Source of the DNA: Eimeria praecox
Taxonomy: Eukaryota
Direction of reading: 5' to 3'
Length of the DNA stretch: 64,000 bases
Assembly (NCBI GenBank): GCA_963920595.1
Contig: OY986949.1
Span: forward strand, 1,240,001 to 1,304,000
The translations under genes and the position numbers were made by a program. Position 1 is the first letter of the stretch; each line of letters starts with the position of its first letter. The notes beneath the pieces were generated by a model. That model did no database searches. It was not told where the DNA came from and saw only the letters and a list, made by a program, of their open reading frames with translations. Below are positions 1-32,311 of this stretch, in pieces.

Positions 1-320
1 GGGACCTTGTGGGTTCGTGGGGCCCCCTAGGGGGCCCCTACGGGGCCCCTATGGGTCCATGGGGCCCCCTAGGGGGCCCCTATGGGTTCATGGGGTCCCC
101 TGTGGGGCTATGTGGGGCCCCCTAGAGATGTTTGATCCCTCAACAGGGGTGAGGGGGGCCCCCAGGGGGGCCCCCCACACGCGATGTGTCGCATAAAGGG
201 GGGGGGCCCTGGTCCCCTAGGGGCCCCCCGCTATAGGACTCATGGCTTCCTCTTGTATGTAGTTTGAGGGACGACGCAGCAGCAGCAGCAGCAGCTGCTG
301 CTGTTGTTGTTGCTGTTGCT

Positions 321-366
<46 letters not shown>

Positions 367-504
367 AAACGTCAGCAATAGTAGGAGGTGTATCTGTCTC
401 CTTCAGCTTTTCTCTTCTTTGTATTCTGCTTTAATTGTTTATATTTAAGAGAGGGGCACACAGACCCTCACCATCGATAGACACAGGAGACAGGCTAGGC
501 TAAC

Positions 505-559
505 TAGGGTTTAGGGTTTAGGGTTTAGGGTTTAGGGTTTAGGGTTTAGGGTTTAGGGT
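505..559 (+). repeat. Interstitial telomere-like (TTTAGGG)n array
   Basis: About 7-8 tandem GGGTTTA units read directly; this heptamer is the apicomplexan telomere repeat and is dispersed through Eimeria genomes. Confidence 0.95.
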
Positions 560-653
560 ATCCAAGAAAGGCGGAGGAGAGACAGCCTCTGTATTTGTTT
601 GTTTTTATAATTTATAATATAATTAGAGCGAGAGGACCCGACAGAAGAGGATA

Positions 654-1050
654 AAAGGAGACAGTCAAATAATCTGTCTCCTCTAATAAAGGAGAGAGTC
701 AAATAATCTGTCTCTCTTAATAAAGGAGACAGTCAAATAATCTGTCTCCCTTAATAAAGGAGACAGCCAAATAATCTGTCTCTCTTAATAAAGGAGACAG
801 CCAAATAATCTGTATCTTCTAATAAAGGAGACAGCCAAATAATCTGTCTCTCCTAATAAAGGAGACAGCGAAATAATCTGTCTCTTCTAATAAAGGAGAC
901 AGTCAAATAATCTGTCTCCTCTAATAAAGGAGACAGCCAAATAATCTGTCTCTCTTAATAAAGGAGACAGCCAAATAATCTGTCTCTTCTAATAAAGGAG
1001 ACAGCCAAATAATCTGTCTCTTCTAATAAAGGAGACAGTCAAATAATCTG
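654..1050. repeat. 34-bp tandem array (11 full + 1 partial copy); each unit contains an inverted repeat
   Basis: Unit AAAGGAGACAG(T/C)CAAATAATCTGTCTC(N3)TAAT starts at 654, 688, 722 ... 1028. GAGACAG-9 nt-CTGTCTC can pair within most units. Confidence 0.95.
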
Positions 1051-1219
1051 ATGAGGCCCCCAGATTGAGAGGTTAAGCCCCCCTACCTCAGAGACAGAAG
1101 GAGACAGAGAGACAGAGAAAGAGACAGAAGAGAGACAGAGAGAGACAGAGAGAGACAGAGAGATAGAAGAGAGACAGAAGAGAGACAGAGATAGATAAGA
1201 GACAGATAAGAGACAGTCT

Positions 1220-1812
1220 CTACACCTGACAGAGTCTATCAATAGCATCATCTATAGGATACCGTTTAAACTGCAACTGTCTCCTTCCATATACAGGGGC
1301 CCCCCCACTCCCCCCTAAGGGGCCCCCGGCCCCTATGGGGGCCCCCCCCCCTATGGGGGCCCCCCTTATGTCTCTGTCCCCTGACCAGTCTGCTAAGGAG
1401 AGGCCTTGTACAACATCGAGGGCCCCCTCTCTAAGAGCAGCATTAATACCCGACTCCAGGGGCCCCCCCCCTCTATAGGGGTTGTCCCCCTCTCTATAGG
1501 TGGGCCCCCCCTCGGTTTGGGGGCCCCCGTCTCTCTGGGGTCCCCCTTCTATATGTGTGTGTGGGGGCCCCCCCCCTTTCTTATGTATGGGGGCCCCCCA
1601 AATAATATCGTGTTCTATGGTTTTAATATATCTCATAACTTTAATTGTTAATAATTTAAAAGCTTCTTCTAAATGCTCCCCTGAAACGGCGCTTGTCTCC
1701 ACATAGGAGACACCTAAACGAACGGCTAGAGACTCTGCTTCTCTCCTACAGACAGCCTGAGGTGTACATACACCCCATACATATAATATAGATGGGGATA
1801 TACTATAGTACA

Positions 1813-1908
<96 letters not shown>

Positions 1909-2053
1909 ATATATTGTACTAGGCAGCAGCAGCAGCAGCTAAGAATGCAGCAGCACATAGAATAGACAACAACACAAACAGAGAGAGCTGCTGCAGCAGA
2001 AGAATAACAAACAGCAGCAGAAACAACAGCAGATGCAGCAGCAGCAAATGGAG

Positions 2054-2085
<32 letters not shown>

Positions 2086-2089
2086 CCAC

Positions 2090-2135
<46 letters not shown>

Positions 2136-2256
2136 CTTAGTGTGTGTTGCTTACTCTGTGTTTGATATCTACTTTGTTTCCTACAAGCAGCACTTTAACA
2201 TGACTGTTGCCTTCCTCACGCAGTGCAGACGCCCAGTAATCCATACCTACACAGCA

Positions 2257-2305
<49 letters not shown>

Positions 2306-2624
2306 TAGTAGTGGGGGAGCATGCAGCAACAGCAGCAGCAGGAGCAGCAGTAGTAGTAGTAGTAGTAGTGGGGGAGCATGCAGCAACAGCAGCAACAACA
2401 GCAGCAGCAGTAGTAGTAGTAGTAGTAGCAGTAGTGGGGGAGCATGCAGCAACAGCAGCAGCAGCAGCAGCAGCAGTAGTGGGGGAGCAGCATGCAGCAA
2501 CAGCAGCAGCAGCAGCAGCAGCAGTAGCAGCAGTAGTAGTAGTAGTGGGGGAGCATGCAGCAGCAGCAGCAGCAGATGTAGCAGCAGGGAAAACAGCAGA
2601 AAGGGTTGCTTGTGCAGCAGCAGA

Positions 2625-2664
<40 letters not shown>

Positions 2665-3531
2665 GTAGCAGCAACAGCAGCAGCAGCAACAGCAGCAGCA
2701 GCAACAGCAGCAGCAGCAACAGTAGCAGCAACAGCAGCAGCAGCAGCAGTAATTCCCTCTATTTTTGTGTCTATCGATATCTAGAGGCAGCAAGCCGGAT
2801 CAAGCAGGAGACAGACAGAGAAGGAGACACAAGGAGACAGGAGACAGAGACAAGAGGAGACAGACAGAGACAGAGACAGAGAGAGAGATAGAGACAGACA
2901 GAGACAGAGACAGACAGAGACAGAGACAGAGACACACAGAGACAGAGACAGAGAGAGATAGAGACAGAGACAGACAGAGACAGAGACAGGAGCAGACAGA
3001 AGGAGACAGAGACAGAGACACGAAGAGGCAGATAGACAAGAGGAGACAGACAGACAGATACACGAGGAGATAAATAGAAACAGGAGGAGACAGACAGAGA
3101 CAGAAGGAGACAGACAGGGACAGAGAGAGACAGAGACAGGAGACAGATAGATACAGAAGGAGACAGAAGGGGACAGACAAAAGCCCTGCAGCAGTGCCGC
3201 TGCGGCGGCCCATCTAAACCCTAACCCCTAGTAAACCCTAAACCCTAATAAACCCTAATAAACCCTAAACCCTAATAAACCCTAAACCCTAATAAACCCT
3301 GAACCCTAATAAACCCTAAACCCTAATAAACCCTAAACCCTAATAAACCCTAAACCCTAATAAACCCTAATAAACCCTAATAAACCCTAAACCCTTGACA
3401 ACAGAAGACATACTAAGGAAGCTTTCTTTACAGCCTACATCAAAGACAAGCATCACTCCCATAGCAGAACGGAGATACGCTGCAGCAGAAGACATAAAGA
3501 TGTACATACACCTCAACTTAGAGTATAGCAG

Positions 3532-3568
<37 letters not shown>

Positions 3569-3928
3569 AGCAGCAGCCACAGCAGCAGCAGCAACAGCAA
3601 CAGTTGAGAGAAAACTCGGGGCCACCAGAAACAGCAGCAGCAATAACAGGAAGAGGAGAAGCAGCAGCAGCAGCAGCAACCCCACCAGCAGCAGCAGCAA
3701 AGTAAGCAGCCACAACAACAACAACAGCAGCAGCAGCAGCAGCAGCAGAATGAGCAGCCACAGCAGCATCACAAGGGTGATGCTGCAGCAGCAACGACAG
3801 CAGCAGCACCACCAGCAGCAGCGACAGCAGCAGCAGCAACAACAACAACGACAGCAGCAGCAGCAGCAGCAACGGCAGCAGCACGCCAGTAACAGCAGCA
3901 GCAACAAAGCCACCACCACCACCAACAG

Positions 3929-3981
<53 letters not shown>

Positions 3982-4759
3982 CCTTGAGTGACACTTCTAA
4001 ACCTCTCATGTCCTGCGGTGTCCCACACTTGAACCTTCAAAACATTTTCTCCTATTTCTATCATCTTGCTCCGATAATCTATACCTACTGTAGGAGCAGG
4101 AAAGGCCCATAGGGGCCCCCCAGGGGGCCCCCCAGGGGGCCCCCCATGGGGGCCCCCATGGGGGCCCCCATGGGAGCCCCTCCTCGAACTCCGGTGGGGG
4201 CCCCTCCGATGGGGGGCCCCCTTGGAGCCCGTCGGTGGGTCCTCCTGGGGGCCCCCAGGTGGGTCTACTTGGGGGCCCCTGTGTGGGGACCCGTGGACAC
4301 CCCCATTTGGGTCCTCCTGGGGGCCCCCTTGTGGGTCTTCTTGGGGGCCCCCCTGGGGGCCCCCCTCGGGGCCCCCTTGTGGGTCTTCTTGGTGGCCCCC
4401 CTGGGGGCCCTCGCTGTGTGTTTCCCCTTGGGAAGGGGGGGGGCCCCCCGAGGGTTTATTGTGGGGCCCCTCTTTTGAATGTCTGCGTGGGGGGCCCTTT
4501 GGCTTAGTAAGGTAAGTAGGAGGGGGGCCCCTGGGGGGCCCCTCAACAAAACGTAATAGCATGCTGCTCTTGCCTACACCGCTGTCGCCTATGCAGGGAG
4601 ACACATACATACAACTAGGGTTTAGGGTTTAGGGTTTAGGGTTTGGAGGAGGCCGCAGCTGTAAACAACCTGCTGTAGCAGCAGCAGCTGCTGCTGCAGT
4701 CTCTTGAGCATCAGCATCAGTATCAACAGTAACAACAGCAGCAGCAGCAGCAACAGCAA

Positions 4760-4833
<74 letters not shown>

Positions 4834-4909
4834 GCAGGCTTGCCGATGAGTATGAGTTGGGGCCCCACACTGTCTCCAGAGCAAATGCTACTGCATCAGA
4901 CGCAGCCAT
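1220..4909 (-). CDS. Rab-family small GTPase, Rab8/Rab10(Sec4)-like, atypical; spliced
   Basis: Phase-consistent exons 4588-3983, 3479-3414, 2246-2155 and 1756-1220, plus a 5' exon ending at 4844. They give [13 protein letters not shown] (G1), PTVGIDY (G2), [29 protein letters not shown] (G3 and RabF motifs), LLVGNKVD (G4) and YVETSA (G5). AY.R.AMG resembles the Rab8/10/3 group. The start codon is uncertain. Confidence 0.88.
3215..3394 (+). repeat. Intronic telomere-like array mixing AAACCCT and AAACCCTAAT variants
   Basis: Tandem TAAACCC / TAATAAACCC units next to the Rab exon donor at 3414. Confidence 0.93.
4616..4644 (+). repeat. Short intronic (TTTAGGG)n
   Basis: Four TAGGGTT units near the acceptor end of the Rab first intron. 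Confidence 0.9.
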
Positions 4910-4937
4910 CTTCGTAACCTGCTGCTGCTGCTGCTCG

Positions 4938-4968
<31 letters not shown>

Positions 4969-5130
4969 CGCGCTGTTGATGGTCTTGATGGTCGTGCCAC
5001 TCAGCCTGCTGTTGCTGCTGCTGCTGCTGCTGCTGTTGCTCGTCCTGCTGCTGCTGCTGTTGTTGATGTTGCTGTTGCTGGCTCCGCTAATACAGCAGCA
5101 GCAGGCGCTGCACCCAGAGCAGCAGCAACC

Positions 5131-5169
<39 letters not shown>

Positions 5170-5303
5170 GTCAGCCTGAGCCTGCGGCGCAGCAGCAGCT
5201 GCTGCTGCTTCAGAAGAAGATACCCTCAGCACTCCTCAATGTGTAGGAACAGAAGCAGCAGGAGGGGCCTCTCAATGTGTGTGTGAGCAGCAGCAGCCGC
5301 AGC

Positions 5304-5351
<48 letters not shown>

Positions 5352-5470
5352 GGCAGCAGCAGCAGACACACAACAGCGTATTTAATGTATAAACACAAGT
5401 TTAATAAGAAAGACAACTCAACAAAAACAGAAAAAAATATAAAACACGCGCGCTGGCATACACCGCCGCC

Positions 5471-5526
<56 letters not shown>

Positions 5527-5639
5527 CTGTTGTCTCCTTCTACAAGTCAAGGAGGAGACAGCTCCCCCCTAACCCCTGCAGTGAGACAACATCGAAGAGA
5601 AGATTCAAAATAATACATATAAAACTTTATTATACTTCT

Positions 5640-5696
<57 letters not shown>

Positions 5697-6094
5697 GGTC
5701 GCAGCGGCGAGCACGGGCCCACGAGTGTGTGTGTGTGTCTCCCTCTCTCTCTCTGTGTCTTGTCTTCTTCCTCTCTAATTATATTAAATACATTATTTTA
5801 TTTATATTTATATTTATATTTAATTTATTTATAAACATATTATAAACAACCAAATCATCGCGCCTCTTGTTTATTTCTACTCTAGCAGCTGTATAGGGGC
5901 CCCCCTCGCCCTGGTCTGTGGGCCCCCCCCCGCCCCCCTCCGCCTTCTAGGGTCTCCCCCTTCTTCACACAGCCTTGGGGGCCCCCCCTGAGTGTCTTCC
6001 TGTATTTATTTTATTTTTATGGGGCTGTATTACCTAAATATATATAGAAGACAAGCAGATACACCTGGGGGGGGCCCCCACTATCAAGAAGAAG

Positions 6095-25861
<19,767 letters not shown>

Positions 25862-25918
25862 GCCTCAGCTCTCTACCTCCTCGTATATTGCTGCAGCAGC
25901 AGCAGCAGCTGCTGCTGC

Positions 25919-25952
<34 letters not shown>

Positions 25953-26447
25953 CCTGTTGCTGTTATTGCTGCAGAACCTGCAGCTGTTGGTCGTGCGGCT
26001 GTTGCTGCAGAAGCTGCTAGTGCTATTGCTGCTGCAGCTGCTGCTAGTGTTAATGCTGCTGCTGCTGCAGCAGGGCTACATCTACCTATCCCAGTAGTAG
26101 TTGATGACTATAAACAAACAGAACTAACGTAGTGTAGCTATCCCATAACAAACAGCAGCAGCAGCAACAGCAGCAACAGCAGCAGCAGCAACAGCAGCAG
26201 CAGCAACAGCAGCAGCAGGAGCCAAAAAGTCAAAACTAGTATACTATTATTTATTTATTTATTTATTTATATATTTATTTATTTATATTTATATATTTAT
26301 ATATGTATATATTTATATTTATAAGAATAATAAACAAACAGAGGATGAGTAATACGAAATAAGAGAAGACATCTTCAGCAACATACAACAACAAGATAAT
26401 CTGCGGGCCTTCGTAAGATATGCCGCTAGAGAACCTAACATACACAC

Positions 26448-26514
<67 letters not shown>

Positions 26515-27427
26515 CTGCAGCAGCTACAGCAGCAGCAGCAGCAGCAGCAGCAAATGCCACCTCTCAGTGGCTAGTACACGATACAGCTGAACCGCCATAA
26601 CCGGGCTGTCTGTACACATAAGCACTGTTGGTGGATGCTGCTGCTGCTGTTTTGCTGCTGCTGCTGCTGCTGTTTTGCTGCTGCTGAAAGTGCGGCGGTC
26701 GCAGCCTATTTGCTGTTGCTGTCGCTGCATTTGCAACAGCAGCAGCTGCTGCTGCATCATCTCCTGCTGCTGTTGCTGCTGCTGCTGCAGCTGTTGCTGC
26801 TGCTGCTGTCTGTGTATATCTTCGTATAAGGAATGTATCTACGTTGAAGAGGGAAGGCCGCTGCTCGATTATACTAATTGCAGCAGCTGCAGCACCTGCT
26901 GCTGTGCTGTATGCGCTGCAGCACCTGCAGCAGCAGCAGGTTGTGCGGCAGCAGCAGGTTGTGCTGCAGCAGCAGATGAAGCTGCAGCAGCAGATGAAGC
27001 TGCAGCAGCACCTGCTGCAGCAGCAGTTTATGCTGCAGCAGCAGATGAAGCCGCAGCATAACTAGCTGCTGCAGCAGCGGTTGATGCTGCAGCAGCAAAA
27101 TAGCTGATGAGGGTTTGTTTGAGATTTGGCAGCAGCAGCTGCTGCTGCTGCTTCACCCGCAGCCGCACTGCCTGCAACAGCAGCAGCAGCAGCTGCTGCT
27201 GCTGCTGCTCCTGCAGCATCTCCCGGCCCTGCAGCAGCAGCATTCCCCGTAAACAGCTGCTGCTCTTGCATCTGCTGCTGCTGCTGCAGCAGCAGCAGCA
27301 GCAGCAGATGCTGCTGCACCTTCAGCAGCAGCTGCTGTTCCTCCAACAGCAACATATCCCCTGCAACACCTGCTGCTGCTGCAGCAGCATCTTCTTCTCT
27401 TCCCCTGCAGCACCAACTCCATCTCCA

Positions 27428-27462
<35 letters not shown>

Positions 27463-27501
27463 AGTAGCAGCAGCAGCTTTCGGTGTCTTTATAATGGCTT
27501 G

Positions 27502-27552
<51 letters not shown>

Positions 27553-27589
27553 CTAATTATAATCTATAATATAATTACAAGATCATATA

Positions 27590-28070
27590 ATATAATTATA
27601 TAATATCATGATAATATATAATATATAAAATATATACTATATAGTATATACTATATACTATATATAATATATAATATATAATATATAATATATAATATAT
27701 AATATATAATATATAATATATAATATATAATATATAATATATAATATATAATATATAATATATAATATATAATATATAATATATAATATATAATATATAA
27801 TATATAATATATAATATATAATATATAATATATAATATATAATATATAATATATAATATATAATATATAATATATAATATATAATATATAATATATAGTA
27901 TATAATTATATAATATATAGAATATAATATATAATATATAATTATATAATATATAATATATAATATATAGTATATAATTATATAATATATAATATATAAT
28001 ACATATAATTATATAATATATAATTATATAAAATATAATATATATAATCCATATAATTATATAATTCATA
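27590..28070. repeat. AT-rich (TATAATA)n heptamer tract
   Basis: Long, near-perfect ATATAAT tandem; it is the source of the spurious YILYIIY ORF. Confidence 0.95.
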
Positions 28071-28122
28071 TCAAATAGCTCACTAACTAAACACTAAATA
28101 CAATAAATAAAATATAAAATAT

Positions 28123-29245
28123 TTATAGATGGCTGTTAAGAGCCGCATTATATACTTCTGTCTCTTGACTATTATAACTACTATCTGTCTCTTCTATGGA
28201 TAGATCAAATGAGTTGGTAGTGTTTAATTTGCTTAATGTCTTAAATCCCCCAGGAATAGTATTAAGTAGAGCTGTATCTAATGTGTTTAGATATCGGATC
28301 CATAATAATAATTGTTGTTGGGTTAGAGATATAGAAAAACCTTTGAAACGACAGGAGACAGATGCAAGACTTCTAAATGTGTCTTGTAGAGGAAGTAATA
28401 ATTTATTAACAAATAATGATAAATAATTAATATTGTGGGGTAGATTTAGAAGAGATAAGGTTAGAAAACCCAATATCTCCATATATTCTTGTTTGAATAT
28501 ATTTATTAAATGGATAAACTCTATTGCCTGCCTATTACTATAAGAACTTAGAGCTAATCTTGCTGCTGCTCTTCTTATTATTTGTAATTGTTTTAGCGAA
28601 GCCATTATATTCTTCTTTGTATTTAATAAATAATTAAATCGATTTATAAAATTATTCACAATTGGATTTAATAATATTGATCTTGTTAACATCTTCCTAC
28701 CTAACGTATTATTCACTTTCAACACATATAATAATAAACCTAAACTTACTCCAACACCATCAGCCTGTTGTAATAATATCTTGCATGGTCTCCCAGGTGT
28801 GTCCCCAACAAAATAATTTAATAAAGATACAAACTCCTCCGCAAGATTTGAATTTTTCAAACGATAACACAATCGTCGCACTAAACCTATATCTCTGTGG
28901 GGCCCCACACTATTAGGAGTGTGGGGCCCCACACCTGTGTTGTGGGGCCCCACATTCTTATGCTCTTCAGATATATTTATACCTTCTTCATACACACCTT
29001 CTGCTTCTCCTCCTCCTGTTGCTGCTGCTGTTGCTGTTGCTGCTGCTGCTGCTGCTAGAGATGCTGCTGCAGAACCCCCTGCTGCTGCTGCTGCTGCTGC
29101 TGGTGTAGTTGCTGCTGCTGTTCTACCTGCTGTCTTTGCTTTTGCTGCTGCGGCTGCTTTAGATGCTGCGCCTGCTGCTGCTGTTCCTGCTGCTGCTCCT
29201 CCTCCTGTTCTTCTTGCTGCTGCTTCCCCTCTCCCTCCCCCTTTG

Positions 29246-29288
<43 letters not shown>

Positions 29289-29784
29289 CCTGTAGGGCTC
29301 TAGGATCCACTGCTTTGAGAGCATTAATTATATCTAGAGAAATACTCTGCTGTCCCGAAGCATCTGCTGTGCCCTGCTGCTGCTGCTGTAGTATTTGCTG
29401 CTGCAGCTGCTGCAGCTGCTGCAGCAGCAGGAACTGCTGCAGTTGCTGCTGCTCTTGCTGCGCGTTCTTCTCAGCAGCAGCAGACACCCCACGGCCCTTC
29501 TTCGATCCCTTCCCTGTTCTGCTGCTTCTCTCCTCTGCTGCTGCTGCTGCTGCTGCTGCTGCAGCAGACCTCCCCTCAGCGCCGCCTCCCTTCACCGGGG
29601 AGTTTGTTGCTTTAGAACCTGCAGCAGTAAGCTTCGTGCTGCTGCTGCTGCTGCTGCTGCGGCTGCTGCTGCTGCCGGCACCACCACCGGGTGTCTCCTT
29701 CCCTCTAGTGAGCTGCGGCACGAATACAAAGAGCAGCAGCAGCAGCAGCAGCAGCAGGAACCGCCGCCCGCTGCGCGCCCCCAT
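28123..29784 (-). CDS. Hypothetical secreted protein (553 aa ORF)
   Basis: The ATG is followed by a basic-then-hydrophobic leader ([28 protein letters not shown]), a low-complexity A/G/S/Q linker and ~250 aa of non-repetitive, stop-free sequence in AT-rich DNA. No family recognised; it may splice to further 3' exons. Confidence 0.75.
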
Positions 29785-29980
29785 GCCGCTCGTGAGGCTT
29801 CTCTGTCTTTATCTTTCTTTCTGCAGCAGCACCACCACCTGCTGCAGCAGCAGCAGCAGTAGCAGCAGCAGCAGAATCAGCTCAATAGCTACGCAGGGCC
29901 CATCAACACGCAAACGAAGACTGTCTCTTCTTCAATTAGAAAAGAAGAAGATAAACAACAAACGAAAAAAAACCCCACGA

Positions 29981-30060
29981 TCCCACACGATCCCGATCCC
30001 ACACGATCCCGATCCCACACGATCCCGACCCCACACGATCCCGATCCCACACGATCCCAC
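29981..30060. repeat. 16-bp tandem repeat x5 (TCCCACACGATCCCGA)
   Basis: Read directly, about 200 bp upstream of the 29784 ATG. Confidence 0.9.
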
Positions 30061-30075
30061 CCCCGATACAGTAAG

Positions 30076-30111
<36 letters not shown>

Positions 30112-30261
30112 AGGTATGCAGCAAATAATATAAACAGAAAGACAGCGGGAGCAAACAGAAGTAGATAATACAGAAGGAACCTAAGTATAAAACAAACTGC
30201 TGCTATAGAGGAGCCCCTCCATACAAAAAACAAGTAATAGCAGCAGCAGCTGCTGCTGCTA

Positions 30262-30311
<50 letters not shown>

Positions 30312-30440
30312 AGTGTTGCTGTTGCTGCAGCAACTGCTGCTGTTGCTGCTGGGGATAGAACAATAAACTACGAGCGGAAGTACAACAGCCGGCTTCTTAA
30401 ACGGCTCGATGCAGCAGCAGCAAGCTTCGTGTTTTGCTGC

Positions 30441-30481
<41 letters not shown>

Positions 30482-30846
30482 TAGGTAAGAGCTGCAGCAG
30501 GAAGAGTAGTTGAAGCAATACCAACAATCTGATGTTAATACTGAAACAAAACAAAAGCAAGATAAATATAAACCTGGGTTTAATATAAACTGAGTGAGAG
30601 GTAGGATCAAAGAAGAAGAAGAAAGAGAAGAAGAAAGAGAAGAAGAAGATATAATATATATAAATATATAAATATATATACAACAATAAACAAGGAGGAG
30701 ATATCTGTTTTTATAGTATCTATAAAAATATAATTTAAAGCCTTATGCGTCTACCTCCTTAGATCTATTCTTAAAAACATCAGAGGCCTCCCAACAACAA
30801 CAACACCAGCAGCAACAGCAGCAGCAACAGCAGCAGCAACAGCAGC

Positions 30847-30892
<46 letters not shown>

Positions 30893-31050
30893 GCTGCTGC
30901 TGTAGCTGCTGCCTATACACAACCTGTAAGCGAGCGCTCGAGGGATCTTTCTGTCTCCTTCTTTGCTTTTATTGTTTTTAATTATATTTAAAGTAATAAT
31001 ATTCAAATTATATTTATTTTCTAGCCTCATTGAAGTGTATGAACAGCCAA

Positions 31051-31081
<31 letters not shown>

Positions 31082-31265
31082 AGCAGCAGCAGCAGCAGCA
31101 GCAGTAAGAGTAGGATCGCTATATCAGCATCGGGTATATAGTTTTATTAAATCATTTTAAAAATAATTAAATTGTTTTATTTTAATTTTTTTAATATATT
31201 TATATACAAACTGTGCTGTAGTGACACCCGAACGATCCCTGTGTACGATACAGCAACAGCAACAA

Positions 31266-31299
<34 letters not shown>

Positions 31300-31476
31300 T
31301 GATATCGATAGTGTGTACAGGTTTTGGTTGTATATATATATATATATATATGCTGCTGTTATATATAATATAATCTTCTGACCTCAAAAGAAGTTAATTA
31401 TAATAATATAAAACTTATTTACTCTGCTGCTGCAAGCATGCAGCAGCTATGGGCCTTCCTCGTGTTAGCTAGCGCT

Positions 31477-31507
<31 letters not shown>

Positions 31508-31587
31508 ACAACAAACATTGTTATTAATTATATTTTATAGATGCACCTATTCTCACCTCCCCTGTACAGGAGACACAAGGGCTTCGA

Positions 31588-31655
<68 letters not shown>

Positions 31656-32036
31656 AGCTGCTGCTGCTGCTGCTGCGGAGAGGGGACAGCTGCTGAGGGG
31701 GATTCAGCAGCATGTGCTGCAGTGCAGCAGCAGCAAGCTTGCATGCAGGATAGAAAAGATATACGACACTTGTTTTGTCTGCTGCAGCAGATATATTTAT
31801 TTTAGGATATAGAACATAAACGAGAAGGTTAGAGAGAGAGAGAAACAAAGAGAGACAAATGCTTCAAGATTAATTAACTCAAATAATTATACAAATAATT
31901 ATAAGAAAGACAGATCCATCAAATCTCATTAAAAAAAATATCTTACTATATATATAACAGATTCCGTCTCCTCTATTATTTATATATTCTATACATATCA
32001 TCTCAAAGGCGAGAAGCCAAAACAATAATAATAATG

Positions 32037-32067
<31 letters not shown>

Positions 32068-32279
32068 TAATAATAATAATAATAACAATAATAATAACAA
32101 ATAAGTCTGTCTTGAGCTGCAGCATGTCTTGCTGCTACTACTGCTGTAAGACAAGACACAAGAGCCACTTGCATGCAGACCCAACACCTCCTTTGCTGCA
32201 TGCGCTAGTGCTATAGATTGTAGAAGAGACAGCTGTTTAAAATATACCTGGGCCTCTACAAAGCTAGCCTACGAGTAAC

Positions 32280-32311
<32 letters not shown>

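Noticed and set aside
1..290. Possible coding fragment of a neighbouring gene at the window start
   Set aside because: GGGCCC-rich low-complexity sequence with no recognisable motif; frame and strand cannot be established.
654..1050. CRISPR-like array (34-bp palindromic repeats)
   Set aside because: Units are directly adjacent with no unique spacers, there are no cas genes, and the context is eukaryotic.
1919..3213. Poly-L/C/A/S/V and RQRQ ORFs
   Set aside because: CAG/TAG and GAGACA repeats within Rab introns; only 2246-2155 is exonic.
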